NCBI GenBank assembly: GCA_000320545.1
Contig: ADNK01001278.1
Location: 108,181-172,180 of the forward strand
Source: Bigelowiella natans CCMP2755
Taxonomy: Eukaryota > Protista > Cercozoa
Direction of reading: 5' to 3'
DNA: 64,000 bases
Shown in pieces: positions 54,410 to 64,000 of the stretch; the first letter of the stretch is position 1; each line of letters starts with the position of its first letter. The notes under the pieces were generated by a model. The model worked only from the letters and a program-made list of their open reading frames with translations, did no database searches and was not told where the DNA came from. The position numbers were made by a program, and so were the translations under genes.

Positions 54410-56369
54410 CTATTTCACCATTACGTCGAGCGCAGCTAGATTTACGTCTTTTTTCAGCGGTTCGATACTGCTGCCTATCTCCCACGGAGGCAATGGCAAA
54501 TCCTTGCTTGCAAGAAACTCAGCGTTGTAAAGTTTCGAGGCATACCTTTCCATTGTTCATAGCAAAAAAGGACAACATGCTTTATGATGGGACGAGAGCC
54601 ATGATTCTGAATGAATGCACATATCTAACCTGCTTCCCAAATCACAGAGAATTGTCGCGATAGTGTGACCTGGACCTGCATCATTAGTTCTCTGTAAGGC
54701 TTTAGGAGGAGGCTATGGATATGTCTGTGTTTTTCTAAACTGTACAAGTGCCTCAACCGCCACTGCAATAGCTTCTACAATTACCGAGCTCCTTCGCAAC
54801 TCTAATTGCTCCAGCTATGTTGGTTCCAGATGATCCACCTGTCGATACGGCAGCAGGAGAAAATATGTAGTCATCAACCTATTTCGAAAGCCATTGCCTC
54901 AGAGTGGCAGAAGAACAGTAGCTGCTTCTGTAACATCAGCACGAATGCTTATTCTAAGTTTTACTGTATCCTTTCTTATTATAATTTTGCTCAAACCAGA
55001 CCTACTGCAAGACCCTCATGTGCATGAACGTCCCAAAGAGCCTGAAATGGATTAAATGAAGTTAAAAGGAGAAGAGGCTCGCACAGAATCAATGCCGTGT
55101 GGTTCACACATTGAGAGCATCTTCATCTTGGATTTCGAAGGCCATATCAGGAGTGAATCCTTCCATGTTTCCTGAGAGAGTAAATCATAAGCAACAGTTC
55201 TATCTTCTTCATGAGAGCCTGTATCTACTATGTCGCCTCCTAAGATTTAAGCGTTATATTTGTTTTACCTGTAATTCGGCCTTGGCCAATACCTTCGGTA
55301 ATGCTGCTGCCGACGGCTTCCAACCTTCAATGTAAATGTATCAAAAGATTAATATATAAAAGGAAAATGAAATAATGATAGACCAGTATCGGTAAAGAGA
55401 AAATAGAAAGATCAAATGGGAACAACTTTTCACAGTTCGTTTGTTACCTTCCTTCTGTGTAGTATCTGAAGAGTTTTGCTCCAGGTGGGTCTGTGAGCGC
55501 TATTTTGGTCTTTTTGTTGCTCAAACTACGCAGAGAGGATCCCACCCCCGTCAAAGTTCCTTTGGTAGAAAGTTGCATAGAGTAAGAAAAGAGGAAAATA
55601 GACACCAATGAATTCCATTGCACTCAGCAGTACCTCCGGTGCCCATTGCACAAGAAAACGCATCGACTTTGCCCTTTAACTGTCGCCAAATTTCAGGTCC
55701 TGTGGAATCAATGTGAGCCTGCCGATTTGCCATGTTATCCCATTGGTTTGCGTACATCACTCTGTGAGACCGCTCCCGCAGTTTGTCTGTTGGAAAGTTT
55801 GGCATCAATACGATGAAAACGTTCGAAGCATGACAGCATCGAGTCAAAATTCCATCTACGTTCATAATAAATCATCTTCAGCAACAGCGGTAACAGTAGT
55901 AGTAATAGCAGACATACTTATATCATAATTGCGATCACCTGCGAGGCGGGCCGCAACATGCACATAGTTGTTCTCATTTGCGAATGGAACAGGAGGTACC
56001 TTGGTTGATATGCATAATTGTCAACCACAGCATTAAGTTGAAGTATATGCGATACGCGATATGATGTGATTGGGCATCGCTACTACTTTCATTCATACTA
56101 TTGGACCGCGAACTACCTACCTCAATCAGTATAGCTCCAGCTTGACGCAGCATATCCTTCTTTTCCTGTGATTGAGAGCTTGCGAGGACAATCACACTCT
56201 GGAATCCATAGCAGTTCCCTGCAATGAGAAGTTTATGAAGGAGTGCGGCAGTCGAGAGTAGAAACTATAGAAGGAGAAGGAAATACAGATCACGCGCATT
56301 TGTCTGCATCGTAACTTTTGAGAGTGTCCTAATGTGTAAGTTTTTGTGTTTCTCTCTCTTTTCTCCATC

Positions 56370-56433
<64 letters not shown>

Positions 56434-56853
56434 TGTGTTTGTGTTTGTGTTGTTTTTGTGTGTACCAGCCATCGCAAGACCAATTCCTGTGTTGCCTGCA
56501 GTCCCCTCGACGATTAAGCCAGATTTTCCCTCTACTAATTCACCACTCTTGAGAGCATTCTTTATCATCCATAGTGCCTAGAAAATCAATCTTACATCGA
56601 GAATGAAAGACTGTCAAAATGAACATTTGCAAGCTTCTAAATGTCACACCGCATAACAGCCAGGCCCCTTCGTGCCGTTTATAGCAATGAATGAGGCAGC
56701 CACACGTCACTAATTTAATACCGCGCGGTCTTTGACGGAGCCCCCAGGGTTTTCGTACTCACACTTGGCGAAGATATTGCATCCTGTGAGGCGGGAAGGC
56801 CCTTCGAGTCGCACTATCCTGGTGTTGCCTACTAATCTCTGGAATGCTTTCAT
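54410..56853 (-). CDS. Cysteine synthase (O-acetylserine sulfhydrylase, PLP-dependent fold type II)
   Basis: Motifs LVGNTRIVRL..AKCEYENPGGSVKDRA, IVEGTAGNTGIGLA, SQSQEKKDMLRQAGA, YANQWDN..HIDSTGPEIW..AFSCAMGTGGT, ITEGIGQGR, EGLAVGLSS, GHTIATILCD and LPLPPW. Stop at 54410-54412. The frame stays open 5' of Met 56853 to about 56925, so an upstream exon or targeting peptide is possible. Confidence 0.93.
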
Positions 56854-57689
56854 TGTTCCTCCTGCCTGTTGCTGGTTGTCGGAGCAAAGAGGTTTGTCAG
56901 TGATGAGGGCAGTGCTCCAACCTTTCTACCGATGTTCATAGACGCGACATCCTAATATTATTGTCGTATGAGACAAACGACCATTGCAGATGGAGGCTCT
57001 GAGCTTTGCTGCTCCGAGCTTGTCGCATTATCAAAAGCTCATCATTCGTTCCTCTTCAGATTCGAGGTAGGATGTCACAAGGAAGATATCGCCTCCACAA
57101 CTCGAAAGCTATAATTTCGATGTCGTTCAGTTTACAAGTCAGATGTTTTCCATGTGCGACTTAGCTGTAGAGGAAGAACTAATCGAGTTACGTCCACGGC
57201 GATTTGGCCCAAATCATCATAACAAATTCCCCGAAGACGACCAGGTGACACGTTGGTCTGTCGGTTGCTCCCCCCCGAAATCGGGGGGTTCTTCGGCATA
57301 CGAAGGGATTAGGGAAGGAAGGGAATGGCCAAGGAACAAATATTTGAGAGAAGAGTGTTCGAAAACCCTTTTACGTCCAAAAGCAGAGTTTGTCGGCGGT
57401 GCTTTCTTCTTTTTTTGCTTCTTCGAATCTTCCTGAGAACGTTCTAGTTCAGAGAACCATTGGCTCCACTTGTTAGGACCAGATATGAGGCCTTATGATG
57501 CTTGCGATGTTGTGTGTTCGAATAATACTATCATTATCTTGAAATTTCTAGCAGTTCAATGAATAAAGACTCACTCAAAATTAGAGCTGGATTGTGTGCC
57601 ATCCCTTCCTTTTAACAGACGTGCTGCTGCTGCTGCTGCTGCACACTTTGCTGCACACTTTCCGACACCTGCGCATCTGAGGGGGAACG

Positions 57690-58335
57690 ATGGACACCAA
57701 CGTTGTCAGCAGACTAATGATGGGGGTAATGGCATAAAGTTGAAGTATGAATTCCTCGCGAGTAATTTATTAGTGTTGTTGTCTATGTACTATGATAAAA
57801 GGCTCTCTCCCCAGACAATGAGACGCGAAAGCAAGCTGAGAATCATATCCACCAGGTTACTTTGAATGGCATAATTCATATCATGAAAATATAATTAAAA
57901 GAACACTAAACGTGTAGATGTTTAAGGTAGAAAGAGAGAAAGATCGTGTGTTCAATTATTGTGTAATATATTGTGTTAGTTCCACGATGAAATAGTAAAT
58001 GAAGTCCCTTTTTTCCACTTTTCCCTCGATTGACAAACGACTATCCATCCACAGAATCATTACTTTATTTAATATTCTATTTCCGGTATATGGGTAACGA
58101 TAAAACAAACACTAAACGTTATTTCCTCATTACAGCATCTTTCCAAGCAACCTGAGGCTTTGATGGCAGCCGTGTTGAAGCTACTGAGGCAAAGCAACAA
58201 TCCATCGGTACAATTGAAGAATTTTTAAATGAAATAAAATATGGCTTGTGTCAACGTTAAGAGTGATCATGGTAGCGAGGGAGGATGGCTAATGATGATG
58301 ATTTAAGAATATGGTGATAATGATGCACGGTGAAA

Positions 58336-58370
<35 letters not shown>

Positions 58371-60643
58371 ATGGTATTATGATCATGGCAATTACGTGGT
58401 ATTACAGGTTCGCATGTTGTGTGCAGTATTTCTGCGACAAAAGCTCGTCAAGTAAGCTTTAGCTGTAGAATCTTTAAGTAGATGAAATGAAACGCAAGAA
58501 GACAATTTTAAGCAAGCGTAAGATTAAGGCAAGGAGGGGAATAGTGGGATACTACAAAAATAGAATACTTTGCATACTTGATTATTAATGGAGTAGTACA
58601 AAGTTGAAGGTAGAAGAATGATGAATTATGATTGAAATGACAAGTGCTGTTACTACTTTTTCCTTGCTTGTAGTGGAGAACCGATCTTATTCAGGACGCT
58701 CTCTGACCGACTTCAGTCCGGATTTAAGGTAGTAGGTGGATACTGGTAGGTAGGTAGTTACTGGGGGGGGTGGGGGGGGCTGAAGAATCGAGCGACGAGT
58801 ATGTTCTGATATCAAGATATGATACATGCGATGGTATTTTAAGAGATGGTGAGAACGAGTCTGAAGGGGGGCAATGGGAAGAGGAGAGGAAGGAAGAAGA
58901 AGCAGCGAGAGGATAGACGCCCTTACTACTATTCTCCCAATACTTTGTTTAACAGAGTGAGTTGCTTCAAGCGATTGTCCACGAGAGAGCTGGCGGTGTG
59001 CGGAGGAACATCAGTGATACTGTGGCTGAATTGGCAAAAATACTTCTATTCAGAGGTAACAATCATCGACTTTACACAAGCAGTGATATGCTATATGATG
59101 GCGTCACAAGTAATCGTGCTGCTTATTGTTTCTGAAAAGTGAGAATACTTTTCCTTCTCCTTCTTCTATTCTTCCCCTCTTTATCTCTTCAAAATAGGAC
59201 ATCAAATAGTATCCTTCATGTTATTTGTTTGTTTGTGACTGATTTTTTGCACATGACTGAACCTTTCTCCTTCTTCTTCTCCTTCTCCCTTCCTCTTCTC
59301 CCTCTTCACTTCAGAGGACTGGGGCCAATTGAAAAGCTTCTTGTTCAAGGCTATTCAAAGTGACAGGGAAGAGCTTCGATTCGCATCCTTTGACATTATG
59401 GGGAAGGTGGCTCATTGCATATTTTGGTGCTGTGCGCGTATGGATCATACACACACACACACACATACACACACACACACACACATTAAATACTTATCTG
59501 CTGGGTATGCATATTGTGCTTCATTCGCAGCGGCGTTTGTTTCTAACTCTATCAATCAATGAACCAGATTGCAGACGGAACACCTGAGAGATTTGGCAGT
59601 GCCACGGAGCAAGTAAGGAGTAGTGAGGAATGATGGGGGAATACTTACAATTAAATAATAAGGCGAAAGCATGCTCCGTGTTTAATGATGATTGGTCATC
59701 TCTCTTTATGAAACAAGTAACCTGTTGATGAAGAGAAGGTTTTCCTCAATTTCGGGTCCCATCTGAAATAACACGCATCAAATAAAAAAAGAGTGGTCCG
59801 ATTGCCGAGCCGGCAGACGACAACTGTGCTCCTCTCTGAGTGCACAGTTCCACACATGAGAATGTATATGTTCATGTTGATGATGAGTAGTCCTTCTCCT
59901 TATGGTGTGATGAAATGATTTGCTCGTCTCGTGATTGCTCTTGGATGGTGGTTATGCAGGTTGTGAAAGCATTTGAGCATGGATTGAAGGATAAGTCTCT
60001 CTCGGTAGTAATAGCATCTCCTCCTCCTCCTCCTACCACTCAAAGGAAGGAGGAGGCCTTTGATAACACACACAACACACACACAGAGAGAGGGAGAGAG
60101 AGAATGATAAGAAGAAAATGAAGGAGAATAAGAATAAGAATAAGACATTGATGATCAGACGAGGAACCTTCGTAACGAATGAAAGGATAACAACAAACAC
60201 ATATATTTCAACATAAAAACTACTACATCCTGAGACGGCGTCGATTATTGATTTCTTAATTCGAGTCGTTTTGTGAGTAGCTAAAGGGAATGATCACAGG
60301 ATCACCTCTTCTCTCTATTTCTCTATATTTGTATATTTCCCCGCCTAACCCCTTTCCCTTGATCGTCTTCGCTATGTAACCTTCCTGCATGCTGTTGGTC
60401 TCTTGTCTTTCTTTTGTAGGTTCGAGTTTGTGCGATGGTGAGCGAAGGCAAACTGATTTCGGTAAGATGGCGATACAGCTTCTGCTTCTTCCTACAACAC
60501 AAACAACAATGGCATTACACAACACCAAGGCAACACACAACTACACTCTATGTTTGACGTTGTCTTTGCCATCATTATCATGCTTCATTCGTAGCTGCCA
60601 TAGCTGCCATTCATCATCATCATCATCACTATTCTCAACATCG

Positions 60644-60674
<31 letters not shown>

Positions 60675-61137
60675 TATTATCAGAGTGTGACCGGCGAATG
60701 CAAAGAGACACAGATGACGCAGTCCCATATTGTAGGCTTTCTGCATGTTACGCAACAGGTATTATTTCGATCAGGAGGGGGAAGAGGAGGAGGCACATGT
60801 GAATAGTGCATAGAAATGAATGTTCGATCTATCATTCAATCGTTAAAAAAAAGAATAACTCAAAACATAGGCATTTCAAGCGGAGGACGAAGATCTTTTG
60901 GGGAGGTTCGCAGCACCAACTGTGTATAGAGAAGACAAATCAATAATAGCGACGGCATCAATGGCAGCCATTTATTCTTACATATAAGAAATGAAAGTTT
61001 TTTGTATTACAGTAAATATAGTACTATCATTCCCATCATCCAGCTTATTCACCACATAATTTCCCCCCCCCCCCCCCTCCACCAATATCACCACCTCCTC
61101 CTCCTCCTCCTCCTCTAATGGAACAACAACAACAATA

Positions 61138-61169
<32 letters not shown>

Positions 61170-62098
61170 CACAGAGCAATCCAAACTCTGGTTGACATTG
61201 CAACCGAGAACCCTTCATGGTTTGAGCCGAAGGTACTATAACTACTACTACTACTACTACTACTACCAATGCTGCTGCTGCTGGGTGGAGGAGAGAGTCG
61301 CAAGCCGTTGATATCACCGTGATGATCAATTGATCCTTGCATTACTATGTATAATATCAATACTGTGTTGTAGTTGGAAACGCTATCCGAGCTCTGCTCA
61401 AAAATGGGTCAAGCTACAAAGGTAGTTAATGAGTGATGATGAAGTTAGCAGAAGTGCCAGTGGTTCGCTGTGCCTGTTGGAATATTTGGTTATTGATTAT
61501 TACCATGATGATGATGATGATGATGATGATGAATGACGACGATGATGACGTTGACGATGGTGATGAGATTGACGTTTGGATCTATCTCCTTTGAGTATGC
61601 ATTCATAATTACAGATGAACGATGGACTCAGGAGCTCATGCCTAGAAGGTACCATGATCTAATACTCCTTCGCCAAGATAAGCTTAGTTGCCCATCGTCA
61701 ATATGCGAATACAGACTGATCATCAAGAAATATCAGTCTTGATGGCCACCATTGTCGTGTTGTTATTGTTGTTATTGTTGTTATTGTTGTTGCTGTTATT
61801 GTATATATCATTGCTAATCTTGAGAAGAATGGAATGGTTGAACATCTATCTTCATTCATTCTCCTCCAGTAATAATGATGGTAGTTTGGTTGTTGATTTG
61901 ACACCTTATCACTATCATCTTTAGTTTTGGTGGGAATCGCAGAAAACGAGGAGATCATGGTACTTCAACTACCCTGTTCCTCACTCACTCACGCAATAGA
62001 TATTTGGATATTATTTGTCAAGCAACTCCTCACATTATTGTCGTCGGTGCAAAATCTAAATAATAGATGGAGAGATGCTCTACCTGCATGATGACTCG

Positions 62099-62134
<36 letters not shown>

Positions 62135-62592
62135 TACTACGGCAACGACGATGACGATGACGATGACGCTTAATTACTACACACACCAGCAATTATCCCT
62201 TTTCCCTTCCTCTTCTTCTTCCATCAATCATCATCATCATCGTCATCATCATCATCATCAGGCTCGAAAGTACACGAAGTTCCTCCAACACACAGTCTTC
62301 CTCGGCATGAAGCTGATGATGGAAGTGTCTCACGACCCTCAATGGGTTCTCAAGGTACTACGTGAGTGTGGGTTGATGTGGTGTGTGCTGCTGCAGCAGC
62401 GCTCTGTGTACAACGATGAGGGCCATTAGATCATTCATCAACATCATTGTATGCTGCTGCTGCTACTACTAATACCACCACTACTACCATCGACCTATAT
62501 CTCACCACGATCCCCCCCCCCCCACAACTCAGGATCACGAGGCAGAACGCGGCAAGGACGGGAACAACGAATACGCCAACCTTGCTATGGAC

Positions 62593-62660
<68 letters not shown>

Positions 62661-63665
62661 CCTATTCCATACAGAAGGTTGAGTAAGCAATAACTGAGCA
62701 GTGTAGTATCATCAATGACATTGTGCTTCTCCTCCTCCACCTCATCCTCCTCCTCCTTGTTCGTATCATGCAGGTTTTGCATTTGCGATCGGTGGTAGGA
62801 AGCTCAAGCCTATTATCTTCCCGATGATCAGTCAGTAGAAAAATCAATATATTAATCTCAAGATCATGCAAATAAGCTTTGGATTAAAAAGATTGAAAGA
62901 AAGATATGGATACGTAAATATGAAAGAGCAGCATGTATGCGATTTGATGTCGGTTACCCTCACATCTTCTTCTTCTTCTTCCTGCTCTTGCTATTCCTTT
63001 CCCACCATTGATTCATCCATTCGTTCAGGCAATTGCGTGAGTCAAAAGGACTGGAAGATGAGACGTGCGGGTAGCAGCGAGGCGAAGATAGAAGGGGGAG
63101 GAAGAGCAAAGGGGGGAGGAGACAGGAGCGTGTGTGAGTGAGAGGGGAAGGGGTGGAGAGCGACTATGGAGAGTTCGTGTCACTACTTACACATAATTCA
63201 GTTTGTCATCATCAATATCTCCATCGTCATCCATCAGCATCAGCATCATCATCATCATTACCTCTTCTTTTTCTTCTTCTTCTTCTTCTTCTTCTTCTTC
63301 TTCATATTAATCAAAGGTTTGATGACGCTCAGCCAAGTGGCAGAGGTGGTTGAGCTGAAAGATCTTCCCGTGCCGAAGGTGTGCGAGTTCCTCAAAGACC
63401 CACACCCCCAAGTTCGCCATGCAGCAGCAAATTGCATCGGCCAGATTTCCAACGGTACTACAACTACTACTACTACTACACCTCTCTGCTCTGTGAGTAA
63501 TAAATAGCAAAGACAGCAGTAGCAGCAGCAGTAGTAGCTTGTGATGATGATGATGATGATGATGATGGATGATGATGGATGATGATGGATGATGGTGGAT
63601 GATGATGGGTTATGTAGAAAGTTTATGGAAGAAGAAAAATAGAAGATGGATTATAATCAACTTCA

Positions 63666-63702
<37 letters not shown>

Positions 63703-64000
63703 TATGGATGAGAAAAAGGGGGGGTTGTGTCCAAGTAATCCAGAGAAAATACGAATACATACAAATGTAAATGCTATTTTATGTGTGTGTAAAATCAGAG
63801 AGCTGCACAGTTATTATCTTGATTTGAAATGCATATATTTGCTAAAAATAGACCACGAGCCAATGGTACAGGAGAGATTCCACAAACTGGTAATACGATG
63901 TAGTATACAACATGTACTTCTTATCATGGTAATACGATGTAGTATACAACATGTACTTCTTATCATCCTTCCTAAATACTTTTCCTCTCCTACTAATCTA
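57690..64000 (+). CDS. IPO5: Importin-5 / karyopherin beta-3 (N-terminal part; continues beyond window)
   Basis: ATG at 57690. Exons encode LSPDNETRKQAE, VRMLCAVFLRQKL, DWGQLKSFLF, LVDIATENPSWF, CLEVLVGIAE, MKLMMEVSHDPQW, ANLAMDR|FAFAIGG, DWKMRRA|GLMTLSQVAE and LKDPHPQVRHAAANCIGQIS..QERFHK. These are collinear with IPO5/Pse1 HEAT repeats. Confidence 0.88.
59677..59775 (+). ncRNA. Intronic box C/D snoRNA candidate
   Basis: Terminal stem CGTGTT (59677-82) / AACACG (59770-75), box C ATGATGA (59685-91), internal D'/C'-like ATGA...TTGATGA and box D CTGA (59763-66). The guide TTTCGGGTCCCA (59750-61) is complementary to the conserved LSU rRNA UGGGACCCGAAA. It lies sense within an IPO5 intron (~59612-59959). 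Confidence 0.85.
63888..63965 (+). repeat. Perfect 39-bp tandem duplication at an IPO5 exon/intron boundary
   Basis: tggtaatacgatgtagtatacaacatgtacttcttatca occurs twice (63888-63926 and 63927-63965). Confidence 0.95.

Noticed and set aside
57127-57220. Minus-strand ATGATGA...CTGA snoRNA-like arrangement
   Set aside because: The terminal stem is weak and the best rRNA complement I could find is only about 8 nt.
59790-59855. Two hairpins (tgccg/cggca; aactgtgc/gcacagtt) followed by ACA, resembling an H/ACA snoRNA
   Set aside because: The hairpins are too short and lack a pseudouridylation pocket at the right distance from ACA. Still worth a glance if small-RNA data exist.

Overview
Intron-rich eukaryotic (probably protist) genomic DNA with the standard code, GT-AG introns and abundant microsatellites in introns and exons. 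The taxon cannot be fixed from sequence alone. Ten protein-coding genes could be reconstructed by hand: (1) a minus-strand gene, running off the left edge, in which a NOP58-derived coiled-coil segment is in frame with a Methyltransf_16 (METTL21-like) protein methyltransferase; (2) a ~27 kb plant-type sacsin-like gene with three sacsin repeats and a C-terminal RING; (3) SDF2-like; (4) a class I SAM-dependent O-methyltransferase; (5) a tandem cold-shock-domain protein; (6) a stand-alone PLOD-type glycosyltransferase; (7) a secreted clan GH-D-like glycoside hydrolase; (8) Rab2; (9) cysteine synthase; (10) importin-5, running off the right edge. An importin-5 intron holds a well-formed box C/D snoRNA candidate with a 12-nt LSU rRNA guide. 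Several intergenic blocks look like mutationally decayed repeats. No rRNA, tRNA, CRISPR array or intact transposon was recognised. The strongest novelty candidates are the NOP58-coiled-coil/methyltransferase chimera, the intronic snoRNA, and a PDZ-like insertion in sacsin repeat 1. All splice models are manual and unverified by transcripts.
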